From Candidatus Undinarchaeota archaeon (GTDB taxonomy: Archaea; SpSt-1190; JASMDC01): a stretch of DNA of 64,000 nucleotides. The translations under genes were made by a program, and so were the position numbers. The DNA lies in NCBI GenBank assembly GCA_964519305.1, contig CAZFHY010000018.1, positions 11,628 to 75,627 on the forward strand, in the 5' to 3' direction. Within the stretch, counting starts at the first letter, position 1. Each line of letters opens with the position of its first letter. Positions 50,355-60,485 of this stretch are shown one piece after another. The notes below the pieces were generated by a model. It was not told the origin of the DNA. It made no database searches and saw only the letters and a list, made by a program, of their open reading frames with translations.

Positions 50355-51446
50355 CTAGTCCAGGGATACCTCTACGGTAATCTCCTTGGTCGTCCATTGC
50401 TCACCTGGCTTTGGCGGCAAGGTCTTGTCGAACCGATAACGGATCGTGATGGTATGCGAGCCCGCCGGAGCGAGAGTGATCTGTCCGGGCTTGAGCTTGA
50501 TGTCGTAGGCGATGTTGTCCTGCGAGTCGTAGATGGGCCGGCACTTGATACGGATGATCGCGCGTCGGTTCTGTGAGGGGCTCAGCGAGCGGGCGATGAT
50601 CACGCACGGCTTGCTCTTACCCTTCATGCCCATCTTATCGACATAACCTGAGAGGAGCCGAAGACCGATGGCGACCAGGTCGCCGGTGTTCAGCTCGGCC
50701 ACCTGCCACTTGGTGTCCCCGACCGTGACACGGTCGTTCTTGGTCTTCCAAGCGCCCTGGCATCCGTTCTCGCTCTCCTCGAGCGCGTCGTTCTTCCACG
50801 GGACCATACAGGAATAGGACTGTCGGCCAGTGTCGCACACGAGAGCACGGTACTCGTTCGACTCGATGGTGATGATGTTGTCAGATACACCGAAGTAGCT
50901 GGGGCCTCCAAGCTCCTTGCAGCTGGTGAAATAGGGGACGTACTCGCCGTTCCCTGTAGGATCGAACGCCTTCCAGAACTCCCATGAGTCCATGCCCTTG
51001 CACTGTGCATCACGCGATGACTTCTTCTGATCATCGCCCTGATGCCCCATGTTGTAACACCAGGCTGTCACGAACTTCGCGTTCTCCTGCAACGGTAGTT
51101 CTGTCCCGGTCAGCGGGACCCAGGCCGTTGACGCGAGCATGGGGATGTTGGTCTCGATCTCGTACTGGAGCACGTACTCGCCGGTACCCTCCTCGGTTAT
51201 GAGCTTGAGGACTCCGCGGTCGTACTCTACCGGCACGACCTTCTGCTGCTTCTGCATGGCGGCGTTCTCCACACCGTCATTGATCGACGATAGCATCTCC
51301 TTGGCGTACTCGATGCGACGCTGGTCTGTCGCTTTTTGCATGATGGGCTGTGCCCAGATATAGGTACCTGCCACGGCGGCCAGCAGGATGCCCGTGATGA
51401 GCACTGCCGACATAATGTTGACTTGACCCCGCGTCCACCGTGCCAT
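50355..51446 (-). CDS. Large pilin-like protein, class III signal peptide, Cys-rich insertion
   Basis: TRG|QVNIMSAVLITGILL..Y.WAQP; eight Cys in the globular part. Confidence 0.8.
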   Translation of the reverse strand: MARWTRGQVNIMSAVLITGILLAAVAGTYIWAQPIMQKATDQRRIEYAKEMLSSINDGVENAAMQKQQKVVPVEYDRGVLKLITEEGTGEYVLQYEIETNIPMLASTAWVPLTGTELPLQENAKFVTAWCYNMGHQGDDQKKSSRDAQCKGMDSWEFWKAFDPTGNGEYVPYFTSCKELGGPSYFGVSDNIITIESNEYRALVCDTGRQSYSCMVPWKNDALEESENGCQGAWKTKNDRVTVGDTKWQVAELNTGDLVAIGLRLLSGYVDKMGMKGKSKPCVIIARSLSPSQNRRAIIRIKCRPIYDSQDNIAYDIKLKPGQITLAPAGSHTITIRYRFDKTLPPKPGEQWTTKEITVEVSLD

Positions 51447-51451
51447 AGGAC

Positions 51452-51958
51452 CTACCTCCCTCGACGACCGGCCCTTTGTGATTCCTTTTCCAAGCTCTCG
51501 AGCTTCTGGAGACCCTTCTCGACCTCACCGAGCTTACCCAGTTCGCCCGAGATGACCTTGAGACTGTTGATGAGTGCAGCGTTCTGCTCGATGACCTTGT
51601 CCATCTTCTCATCGGCAACACCGCTGCCGCCGCCGCCTCCGCCGCCGCCACGGTAGCTACCGCCCTCGCCGGCGAGTTCGGCCTCGGTGGCCTCGCCCAG
51701 GATCTCTACGAGCTTGTCCATAGAGGTCACGAGCCTGTCGATGCGGTCGGTGGTGCGAGAGAGCTTGCTCACAAGATCACCGTGAAGGCGTACCATGTCA
51801 TCGACGATCTTCTGGTTCATCTTCAGGATGTCCACGATTTCGTTGACGAGGAACGCAGTGGAGCCGCCTTCTTTGTTCTTCTTGAGATCTGCGATCTCCT
51901 TCTCCATCCTTCGGATGGGTGTTAGTGGGATGAGCTCGTATTCAGCTTGATCAGCCAT
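51452..51958 (-). CDS. Coiled-coil protein heading the pilus operon
   Basis: EYELIPLTPIRRMEKEI.., NQKIVDDMV, poly-Gly linker; 5 nt before the pilin gene. Confidence 0.75.
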   Translation of the reverse strand: MADQAEYELIPLTPIRRMEKEIADLKKNKEGGSTAFLVNEIVDILKMNQKIVDDMVRLHGDLVSKLSRTTDRIDRLVTSMDKLVEILGEATEAELAGEGGSYRGGGGGGGGSGVADEKMDKVIEQNAALINSLKVISGELGKLGEVEKGLQKLESLEKESQRAGRRGR

Positions 51959-52172
51959 GATAATCACGTCTCCGGTCCGCTCTCTTAGTTGAGAACTAGG
52001 GGTTCGTAGTATTTATAATTTTGTTGACGCAAAAACATTTAATATGCGCCCCGGTGGGCGTGACAGTCATGCTCACAGGCACCGCCCCGGGCGGTGCTCC
52101 ATCAAATCACACTCCGCTGCGTTATCGCGGCGTCATCCATCACTTCCTGAATGCTCCTGAGGTGAACCCAAG

Positions 52173-53498
52173 ATGAGTCTAATCGATGTTCTGAGTTCAA
52201 TCCATCCCGCAGACCGCGTTCTCGTCGTTTTTACCGGCGATGCTGACGGCTGTACCTCGGCCTCGCTCTTCAGCCTGTTCCTAGAGAGCGTCGGCACGGC
52301 CTACACCATATACACTCCGGAAAACGGCGATCCCCGGATCACGCTGTCGCTGGTAGAAAAGGCCCGTGACTACGACTACACCGTGGTGCTCGATATCGCC
52401 CACCGTCCACGAGATGTCTATGAGGAGCTCGCGAAGGTGACCAAGGTGATCGTCATCGACCACCATCTGGACAGCGAACCGTTCGATGTCCCGGACGTCG
52501 TGTACTACAATCCCACCGTCACCGAGGGACGGAAGGCCCCCGTGGCCTATCTGGTCTACGAGCTCATCAACGAGTTGGGCGAGTTCGAGCGCTTCTGCTG
52601 GATCTGCCTGCTGGGCGTAGCCGGCGACAAGGAACAGGACCGGTTCCCCGAGCTCGTAGAGGAGACATTCACGCGGTTCCCTAACCTACGGGGAGGTCCC
52701 TCGTACGGCGACTTCGCCATGACACGCTTCCTCATCGGAATCATCGCCTGCGGGCGTGCATACGCTGGCGGCAAGGGTGCGGTGCTGGCGGTGGAGGTGC
52801 TCAACCATGCCGGGAAGAACGAGTCACCAGAGATGGTCGTATCCGGCCCCCCTGGCGCAGCCGAGCTCTTCCACTACCGGCTGAGCACGAACCGAGTGGT
52901 ACGCAACCTCGTGGACGTCCACGATAAGCATGCCACTTTCGTTCCTGACAAGGCCCTCATCTACTATCCCATCGAGTCCACACTATACATCCAGAACTAC
53001 CTGGCCGGTATCATCAGGGCCAGGCGCCCCGAGTGGGTCTGCACGGTCGTGAACACCGCCCTCGAAGAGGACGCTGCGTTGGTGGAGCTGCGCACGGGAA
53101 GGGAAGGGATGAACCTCCGGGACCTGGCCACCGCTGCCATCAAGGGTATCGACGGGGCCGACGCATCGGGACACCCCGAAGCGGCCCATGCTAGGATACC
53201 TGCCACCGCGATAGATGTGTTCCGCGAGAACCTCACAGAGGCCCTGGCCTCGGTCGAGCCACCATCGGACGTGGGGTCCGACAGCTGGCGGCGAAGGCCA
53301 CGACGGCCGAGACGTCCCGGGGAGCCCGAGAGGTACGGAGCCCCCGAAAAGGAGGCATCGACCGATAAGGCCGAGAGCTCCGATGAGAAGAAGACCGATA
53401 CCCCGGAACCCAGTGAGGAAGTGACGCCTCCCCCTGCCGTTGAAGATGCCCCGGAAGAGGCCCCTGCCGCCGCGCCCGATGCGCCGGGACCGGAGTAG
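52173..53498 (+). CDS. Divergent DHH/DHHA1 family protein with Pro/Glu/Ala-rich tail
   Basis: GDADG, VLDI, IDHH, GVAGD, SGHPEAA. Confidence 0.8.
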   Translation: MSLIDVLSSIHPADRVLVVFTGDADGCTSASLFSLFLESVGTAYTIYTPENGDPRITLSLVEKARDYDYTVVLDIAHRPRDVYEELAKVTKVIVIDHHLDSEPFDVPDVVYYNPTVTEGRKAPVAYLVYELINELGEFERFCWICLLGVAGDKEQDRFPELVEETFTRFPNLRGGPSYGDFAMTRFLIGIIACGRAYAGGKGAVLAVEVLNHAGKNESPEMVVSGPPGAAELFHYRLSTNRVVRNLVDVHDKHATFVPDKALIYYPIESTLYIQNYLAGIIRARRPEWVCTVVNTALEEDAALVELRTGREGMNLRDLATAAIKGIDGADASGHPEAAHARIPATAIDVFRENLTEALASVEPPSDVGSDSWRRRPRRPRRPGEPERYGAPEKEASTDKAESSDEKKTDTPEPSEEVTPPPAVEDAPEEAPAAAPDAPGPE

Positions 53499-53549
53499 GA
53501 TATTTGTCGGAGGTCGGCATCCCTGGACACGGACGAGCCTGAGGCGATC

Positions 53550-54062
53550 GTGACCGCACAGGACGAGGACGACGAGGTCTGGGATTCCTATCCCTTGGGA
53601 CATGTCCTTACCTCGAACCTCCTAACGTTCATCGTCGTGGGCGTTGCTTACATCGGGATGAAGCCGATGGCCGATGGCCTTGTAGCCGATGTCTACCTGG
53701 CCGTGTTCATCTTCGATTATCTTGTCCTCGCCCCATTACTCAGATGTCGTAAATGCCCCTACTTCGGCTCGCGATGCAGCAGCGGGCGAGGATGGCTCGC
53801 TTCGAAGTTCTTCTATCCAAAGACCGGGGAGCATGGTTCGGGCGACATGCTCGCAGCCCTGCACTGGACGGTATGGTTCCAGGTGTTCCCGGCGCTCGCC
53901 CTTCTCTACCTAGTTGTGGACGAGTTCTCGGACCGTAGAGCAGCGTTCATGGCGATGTTCCTGCTCCTCCAGTTCGTATGGTCACGGGCGCGGTTGCAGC
54001 TCAGTTGCCTGCACTGTCGCGAGCGGGAGACTTGCCCCGTCTCGCCCTACTCCGAGATGTGA
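53550..54062 (+). CDS. Four-TM membrane protein with two Cys clusters
   Basis: CRKCPYFGSRC and CLHCRERETCP. Confidence 0.75.
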   Translation: MTAQDEDDEVWDSYPLGHVLTSNLLTFIVVGVAYIGMKPMADGLVADVYLAVFIFDYLVLAPLLRCRKCPYFGSRCSSGRGWLASKFFYPKTGEHGSGDMLAALHWTVWFQVFPALALLYLVVDEFSDRRAAFMAMFLLLQFVWSRARLQLSCLHCRERETCPVSPYSEM

Positions 54063-54071
54063 TGTGACGGA

Positions 54072-54488
54072 TCACTCGCTGTCCGCGAGCTCGATCTTGA
54101 TTCCTTCGAAGTGCTCGAGCGTCTGATGGATCACACAGCTCTCAGCGGTCCTTAGCACAGCACGCTCACGCTTTCCGAGCTCCACTCCGGGTGGCATGGC
54201 GATGGTGGCCTTGATGTCCGTGAGCATGTACTTCCCCTTGGTGGGCGACTCTTTCTTACCGTAGCTCACGGTCACTGTCATCCCGGTGATGTCGATCCCG
54301 GCGCTGTTGCAGTAGCCCTTGATGAACGCAGTGATGCAGGTGCCCAGCGACGCGGCGAACGTGGGGAGGGGCAACATGGCCCGTCCGTCACCACCCCATG
54401 CACGAGGCAGGTCGACGAGCAAGGTATGCTCTCCCTGCCGGGCCTCCATCAACCCGTCCTCCTTCAGTTCCACCACGACATCGGACAT
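54072..54488 (-). CDS. OsmC/Ohr family protein
   Basis: D.P..WGG.G, ASLGTC, C.IHQTL. Confidence 0.85.
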   Translation of the reverse strand: MSDVVVELKEDGLMEARQGEHTLLVDLPRAWGGDGRAMLPLPTFAASLGTCITAFIKGYCNSAGIDITGMTVTVSYGKKESPTKGKYMLTDIKATIAMPPGVELGKRERAVLRTAESCVIHQTLEHFEGIKIELADSE

Positions 54489-54493
54489 CTCGA

Positions 54494-55348
54494 TCAATCC
54501 TGTTCAATCCGCCGGTCCTTTTCTACCTTGCCTTGTGCAGCAGGTTTGTCCGGATCACGACCGACGATCCCATGCTCTTCAGCGATCCTGTTCATCCTGT
54601 GGAGAACACCCTCGAGCGTCTGGAACTCGCGCCGGGTGATCCCTGTCCTCCCTGATAGGTTCATCAGGGTCCGAAGGATCCGTGGCTCGTTCTCAGGGCG
54701 AAGGAACCCGATGCGGTACAGGGTGCGCCGGCCAAGGTCCATCAGTCGATCCTGGTCGGCGGCGGGAACGTATCGCGGGACCTTATCCCGGTCGGTCGTG
54801 ACCGAGTTGCACCATACCTCGTAGAGCATCACGACGACGGCATGGGACAGGTTGAGGGAATGGAAGTCCGGGTCCGCAGGTATGGCGACCACGGCATGGC
54901 AGACATCGGTCTCCGCCTCGGTGAGGCCTGTCCGCTCGCATCCGAACAGCAGGGCAACGCGGTTGGAAACCATCTGGCCCGTCGCCTCTTCTGCGAAGCT
55001 GTTGGCGGTGATGGTCCGCCGGTTGCGGTGCGCACGACCGGCCGTCCCGTACACGAAGGCACAATCAGCGATCGCCTCCTCCAGCGTGTCGACGAACCGC
55101 ACCCGGTCCAGAAGCCATGAGGCGCCTACTGCACGCTTCTCGGCCTTTTCCCTGTCGAACCAGTCCATGCCCACAACGGTGAGGTGCCGTGCTCCGAAGT
55201 TGCCCATGGCACGGGCGCAGGACCCCACGTTCCCGCTCTCACGGGGCCGGACAAGCACCACCTCGAGATTGTCCAGATGTGCAGGGGCCGCGATGGAACT
55301 CTCAGGGAGGATGTCCTCGCGTACCTTGGGCGGTCGCTTGTGTGTCAT
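54494..55348 (-). CDS. trmJ: SPOUT RNA methyltransferase, TrmJ family
   Basis: VVLVRP..GNVG..ARAMGNFG, FGCERTGL, SLNLSHAV. Confidence 0.85.
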   Translation of the reverse strand: MTHKRPPKVREDILPESSIAAPAHLDNLEVVLVRPRESGNVGSCARAMGNFGARHLTVVGMDWFDREKAEKRAVGASWLLDRVRFVDTLEEAIADCAFVYGTAGRAHRNRRTITANSFAEEATGQMVSNRVALLFGCERTGLTEAETDVCHAVVAIPADPDFHSLNLSHAVVVMLYEVWCNSVTTDRDKVPRYVPAADQDRLMDLGRRTLYRIGFLRPENEPRILRTLMNLSGRTGITRREFQTLEGVLHRMNRIAEEHGIVGRDPDKPAAQGKVEKDRRIEQD

Positions 55349-55355
55349 GGTGGAG

Positions 55356-57638
55356 CTAGGCGCAACCGTGTGCGGCCTTGCACGCGTCCTCGCCATCCCC
55401 GTAGCATAGCAGCTCGCAGCCTCGTGCGTGGCCCCATGCGGAGCAGTCGGTCTCGGCAGCGAAGGGTGCGCGGACCTCGGAATCAGAGATGCCGCCCCTG
55501 TTCTTTAGGAACACCATGCAGTCGCACTTGGTGAGGTCCTTGTCGGCGAGGTACTCTTCCTCGGTGAGCACGCGTGTGTCACCAGGCATGACGATGCGCG
55601 TCGCGAGCACGCCCATCGGGTGCTCGGTCTCGGGCACAGTCTCCCAGTCGCTGTACATCCAGCTCTTGCACGCGTCGGCAAGTGCGCTGTCAGCTGCTGT
55701 GTTACCAACGTCGGCCGCAGCTGCCAGGTCCGCTGCCCGGCCCGTCGGGACCGGGGTGGGCTCGGGCACCTCGGGAGCGGGCGTGGCCTCACCCTCGGAC
55801 GGCTCGTCCGGAGCAGGGGTCGCAGCGGGCTCCGCGGTCGCTACCGGGGCCGCACCGGCCTTTTCCAGCTGGGCGTCGATGACCGAGGCGAAGCTGTCGA
55901 ACGGCTGGGCACCGGCCAGCATCAGGCCGTTGATGAAGAACGCGGGCGTTCCGGATACACCGTACTCCCTTCCGGCGGCCATGTCGGCGTCGATCTCGGC
56001 CTTCATGGCGTTGTTGTCGAGGCAGGTGTTGAACCGGTCCATATCAAGGCCCAGGTCCTCTGCGTAGCCCTTCAACGTGGCGACGGAGACATCGGCCTGG
56101 TTGGCGAAGATCTTGTCATGGATCTCCCAGAACTTGCCCTGCTCGTCGGCGCACTCCCCGGCCTCATGGGCCTGTTGCGCGTCGGGGTGGAGCGCTGCGA
56201 GCGGGAAGTCGCGGAAAACGACCCTGACCTGGTCACCGTAAGCATCGACGATCTGGTCGACGGTGTCGGCCCCGCGCTTGCAGAACGGGCACTGGAAGTC
56301 CGTGAACTCGATGATGGTGACGGGCGCGTCCTCGGGACCCTTGCTCGGGTCGTCGTCCACGGACGGCGGTTCGAGGTACCGGCCGGCACCGGTGGCACCG
56401 GGCACGATACTGAGCCACTCGCCCTTGTCCTCCAGCATGTCCTTGAGCTTGGCGTAGTTATGGCTGGTCGTGAGCTCTTCCTTGGGGAAGAGATAGGACG
56501 GGACCACCTTGAGCTTGAGGTCCTTCACCATGGCATCTCCTTCCTCAGACGAGATGTCGACGATCCGGCTGGTCGCCTTGGGGAACAGCTGTGTCTTGAG
56601 GATGTTCAGGATCTGGCTCGGGTCGCACGAGTCGCATTCCTTATCGTTCAGGATCACGATCTCCATGGCAGGGTCCTCGTCCGTTGGTCGCTGACCTCCG
56701 ATCATCATGTCTATGGTGTCCCTGAATACCTCGATGGGCTGCGCGCCCTGGATGGCCTCCTCCATGATGCTGCCATCCTCGGCCTTGCCTTGGATGAAGA
56801 ACGCGGGAGTACCGGAAACGCCACGGGACTGGCCTTCTGTGAAGTCCTCCATTATGATGCTCTCTTTGATCCCGCTGTCGTAGCACTCGTTGAACTCGTC
56901 CATGTCGAGGCCCATATTGGTGGCGTATCCCTTGATGTCACTGTCGCCGAGCGCCTTGGAGTTCTCGAAGAGCACGTTGTACATATCCTCGAACTTGCCC
57001 TGGTCGCGGGCGCACTCGGAGGCTTCTGCGGCCTTCTGTGCGTAGGGATGGAAGCTGAGGGGGAAGTGCTTGAAGATGTGCTTGACCTTGCTCCCGTACT
57101 CCTTCTTGATCTGCTCGATCGTGGGATGGGCCCTTCCGCAGAATGGGCACTCGAAGTCGGAGAACTCGATGATGGTCACCAAGGCCGTTCCTTCGTCAAC
57201 GTCGGGAGCGGGCGTGGGGGCGACCTTCGTCGGTTCAGGAATAGATGTCGGAGTGATAGTGGCTGCCGGAGCTGTCGCCTGGGGTGCTTTCACGACGGCC
57301 GCGATGATCGAGACGTCTACACCGAGGATACCGAGACCCTCGGCCACCTCGGTCTCTGAGAGACCTCGTGCGCGCATGTCGTTGGCGAGGTTCTGCACCT
57401 GCAGGAGGGAGATCCCTCCATCGGTGGCGACGGGCTGGAGGGCGAGACCTCCGCCCTTGAATCCCAACACGCCGATGACGAGGATGACAGCTAGCAGTAG
57501 GGACGTGATGATCCACGGGTCCGTGGCCGACTCCCGTCGTGCGAGCGCTTCGTCCATATCGTCGAGCCGTTCCTCGACGGCAAGGAGCTCCTCCTCGATC
57601 TCAGCGATCTCTTTCTTTGTGAACTTCTTTGTAGGCAT
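55356..57638 (-). CDS. Membrane-anchored multi-domain DsbA/thioredoxin-fold protein with Cys-rich C-terminal domain
   Basis: Two EF(S/T)DF(E/Q)CPFC..GVSGTPAFFI..GAQP domains, middle CDSCD domain, N-terminal TM segment. Confidence 0.9.
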   Translation of the reverse strand: MPTKKFTKKEIAEIEEELLAVEERLDDMDEALARRESATDPWIITSLLLAVILVIGVLGFKGGGLALQPVATDGGISLLQVQNLANDMRARGLSETEVAEGLGILGVDVSIIAAVVKAPQATAPAATITPTSIPEPTKVAPTPAPDVDEGTALVTIIEFSDFECPFCGRAHPTIEQIKKEYGSKVKHIFKHFPLSFHPYAQKAAEASECARDQGKFEDMYNVLFENSKALGDSDIKGYATNMGLDMDEFNECYDSGIKESIIMEDFTEGQSRGVSGTPAFFIQGKAEDGSIMEEAIQGAQPIEVFRDTIDMMIGGQRPTDEDPAMEIVILNDKECDSCDPSQILNILKTQLFPKATSRIVDISSEEGDAMVKDLKLKVVPSYLFPKEELTTSHNYAKLKDMLEDKGEWLSIVPGATGAGRYLEPPSVDDDPSKGPEDAPVTIIEFTDFQCPFCKRGADTVDQIVDAYGDQVRVVFRDFPLAALHPDAQQAHEAGECADEQGKFWEIHDKIFANQADVSVATLKGYAEDLGLDMDRFNTCLDNNAMKAEIDADMAAGREYGVSGTPAFFINGLMLAGAQPFDSFASVIDAQLEKAGAAPVATAEPAATPAPDEPSEGEATPAPEVPEPTPVPTGRAADLAAAADVGNTAADSALADACKSWMYSDWETVPETEHPMGVLATRIVMPGDTRVLTEEEYLADKDLTKCDCMVFLKNRGGISDSEVRAPFAAETDCSAWGHARGCELLCYGDGEDACKAAHGCA

Positions 57639-57827
57639 GAGCGTTCCCGTGGCCCGGTCGAGGACGAAGGTTTAAAGGTGTTTCGACAAGGTGCCAGCAC
57701 GGGTACCCGTTAACCGAACATAGGGGGGTTGGTCGATGGGATATGTCGATAATACCGCCTGATCCTCGCACGGCTCCCGTTCAATTGAACTAGATGACGT
57801 GTGGACGGCCCACTTGCCCCCAGACCC

Positions 57828-58778
57828 TTACTTTTCGGTCCAGTGGATGTAGGGGTCAAGGTAGTCCCGGGGCTTACTGCCGGAGAGGTTGAACCGCTCG
57901 ACCTTACCGAACCCGTCGCTGCGCACGTCCACCAGACCGTAATCGCCGGCTGACACCGGTCCAGGATTGAAATGGAACTCGCGGAGCCATCGTCCCGTGG
58001 AGAGGTCCTTGCCTGACCAGTCCACACACCCGGCCGCCTCGTGGATGTCACCCGCCACGACCTGCTTGATGCCGAGGTCGAAAAGCACGTGGGCGAGCTC
58101 GGGATTCCCCGTATGCTCGAGGAGCGGTTGCGCGAGCCATCGGCGGACCAGCGTCTCGGCCAACGGTCCCACGACCTTGGTCCCTGCGTGGAAGATGTGG
58201 CCTTCAACTTCGACGTCCTCGGAGCACACTGCTCGTAGTGCAACGTCGATGGCATGGACGCCAGGGAGCTGCGGTGGATTGTGGACCATGACCAAGGCCC
58301 TTCGTGGGTTCTGTACCAGGCTCTTGAGGTCAGCGGGATCGGAGACCCAGAAGCGCCGGTCACCACCCTGGTAGAGTCCCGTCGCGGTCCCCGCACGCAC
58401 ACGGAACCCGCTAGCGTAGTACTTGGAGCCGGGGAGGAACGCCAGTTCCATGCCCTTGGCAGTGAACGTACGATCGAACGTGCTGGCATCGCATAGGTTC
58501 GAGTGCTCCTTCTGTGCTTCTGCGAACGCGGCCTTGTAGGGCGCGTACTCCTCGTAGTTGCCAGGGATGACGAACACGGTGCCCGGGAACGCGCTGAGGT
58601 TCTCAAGTCCGTCCAGGATCTGCCGGTGCTGGACCGCCTCGGACCCGCCCATGTGTCCCGGGAGGTCGCCCAGGTACGCAAGAACGTCGCAGTCGCGATC
58701 GTCCAGGGCCAGGGCCGCTTCTCGCTCGTGCCCTGACGCATGTGAATCCGTGACGATGCCGATCCTTAGCGACACCAT
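57828..58778 (-). CDS. Calcineurin-like metallophosphoesterase with variant motifs
   Basis: TDSH, LGD, PGNYE, VHNPP, GDIHE, FNPG. Confidence 0.75.
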   Translation of the reverse strand: MVSLRIGIVTDSHASGHEREAALALDDRDCDVLAYLGDLPGHMGGSEAVQHRQILDGLENLSAFPGTVFVIPGNYEEYAPYKAAFAEAQKEHSNLCDASTFDRTFTAKGMELAFLPGSKYYASGFRVRAGTATGLYQGGDRRFWVSDPADLKSLVQNPRRALVMVHNPPQLPGVHAIDVALRAVCSEDVEVEGHIFHAGTKVVGPLAETLVRRWLAQPLLEHTGNPELAHVLFDLGIKQVVAGDIHEAAGCVDWSGKDLSTGRWLREFHFNPGPVSAGDYGLVDVRSDGFGKVERFNLSGSKPRDYLDPYIHWTEK

Positions 58779-58841
58779 GACAGTGCCCTCAACGGACGTA
58801 TATGATAAAAGCTTGGCGTTCTGGCCGGGTGCCGGGAGCTC

Positions 58842-60455
58842 TCAGTTCTCCTCGAGCCACAGGTCCACGGCAATGCTTACGAGCGCGGACTGACGGTAGA
58901 GCCTTGCCATTTCCACCAATGGATCACCCTGTTTGAGGTAAGAGGCGAGATGGTGACGCTCGGTGAAGGCTGAATATATCCGCGAAGAGTCGACGGCCTG
59001 GGACCCGTCGGGGTTCAACCGGGCACCGGACACGATGAACACACCGCGAAGCTCGTTGTAGAGGCCCATGACGCGCTCGAAGCTCTCAGCGGTCTGGGCC
59101 ACGCGCGGGGCATCGGGGAGCGGCACGCCATCGGAAGTGACCACCGTGTCGTACAGCGCTGCAAGGCCTCGGAGCGCCTTACGGTTGGCCCGGAAGAAGG
59201 CGGCCACGCGCTGCGCGATGCGGGGATCGTAGGGCATGCGGGCCAGCCTGCCCACCGAGCCGAGAGGGACGCCCATGCCCACGCGCGGTGTGCAGTCATG
59301 GACGCGCGGGACACCGTCCCAATCGTCCATTAGCTCGCCGTGGACCGCCTCCTGTAGCAGGATGCGTGAGAACGTGTCGGGAAGCACACGGTCGGGGAAC
59401 TCACGCAGCTGGTAGAGGTTGAAGAGGGCCCGGGCGTGCTCGCACGCCTCCGGGTCCGGTGGGGCGAAGTACACGCCCTTGCCCGAGCCGGCCATGCCGT
59501 TCTTGAACACGAGAAGGTCGATGCCCTCGTCACCGCCCCAACTATCCACCACCTTGTCAAGGCGGGAGTGGTCCACCGTCGCGGACCGGGGCATGGCGAT
59601 GGGGAGGCCTGTTTCACGGGAGAACCGGGCTACGATCTCCATGACCTCCCACTTACGGTCGGCCAGGGACTCGCACCTGCGTTCGGGGAAGAGCACACCG
59701 CTCTCGCCCTTTTTAGGCGCGGGGGGCAGCGGGCCACCGAACACAGCGCACACGTCGTACACCTTCCCGTCCAGCTCAAATCCGTGCTCGGCGGGATAGA
59801 AGTCGGGCGGGTCCATGGTCAGGGCGACGTCAGGGAACAGTCCCATCGCCAGAGCGAGCCGTGCGATGTTCACCGTCTCGAACCCGAGGTCGTCGCGGTG
59901 ACGTCCGTGGACGAGGAGGATGTTGCGCGGGGGGCGGTCGTTCTGTGTCTTGAAACGCTTCCAGAGCGTGAGGAGAAGGGCACGGGCCTGGTCCTCCATG
60001 GGGCCCTTATGCATACAGCTCCATCCCTGGGCCTTGTTGTTGAAATCGCCCTTGAACAGCCAGCGACCGTTGCTGTGGATATGGTCTAGCCTGACGTTCA
60101 TGGCATGGGCGAACGGCAGCTGGTCGCCCTCGAGCGCGCCTACGGTGGCTTCCAGGCTATCGTTCCTCAGGAACGCCCGATAGAACGATTCGTACCGCTC
60201 CACGCGGGAGCCGAGGGAGGGTAGCTCGTCCAGCACAGCTGTCACTGCCACTCGTGAAGTGTCCATCTCCGCCCGGGCCACATCGAACTCATCACCCTTG
60301 GCCGCGGAGCGCATGACACGCCAGGTCTCCGCCATGGACCAGAAATGGTCGGCGTCCTTGGATAGCTGTGAGCAGAACTGTGCTGGTACGTCAAGGCTCA
60401 GTCCTTCTAGACTCGAACAGACAGGTCGCTCCATGGGCGCCAGCACGGACGCCAT
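58842..60455 (-). CDS. Hypothetical protein with ATP-grasp-like motifs
   Basis: RLD, DFNN, LLVFK..AGSGKGVYF, LLQEAV. Confidence 0.55.
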   Translation of the reverse strand: MASVLAPMERPVCSSLEGLSLDVPAQFCSQLSKDADHFWSMAETWRVMRSAAKGDEFDVARAEMDTSRVAVTAVLDELPSLGSRVERYESFYRAFLRNDSLEATVGALEGDQLPFAHAMNVRLDHIHSNGRWLFKGDFNNKAQGWSCMHKGPMEDQARALLLTLWKRFKTQNDRPPRNILLVHGRHRDDLGFETVNIARLALAMGLFPDVALTMDPPDFYPAEHGFELDGKVYDVCAVFGGPLPPAPKKGESGVLFPERRCESLADRKWEVMEIVARFSRETGLPIAMPRSATVDHSRLDKVVDSWGGDEGIDLLVFKNGMAGSGKGVYFAPPDPEACEHARALFNLYQLREFPDRVLPDTFSRILLQEAVHGELMDDWDGVPRVHDCTPRVGMGVPLGSVGRLARMPYDPRIAQRVAAFFRANRKALRGLAALYDTVVTSDGVPLPDAPRVAQTAESFERVMGLYNELRGVFIVSGARLNPDGSQAVDSSRIYSAFTERHHLASYLKQGDPLVEMARLYRQSALVSIAVDLWLEEN

Positions 60456-60485
60456 ATTGCTTTATATGGGTAGCGTCAGCGTCCG

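Noticed and set aside
57690-57795. Two 12-bp palindromes (ACGGGTACCCGT, GTTCAATTGAAC)
   Set aside because: Unrelated to each other, single occurrences, and no supporting regulator.
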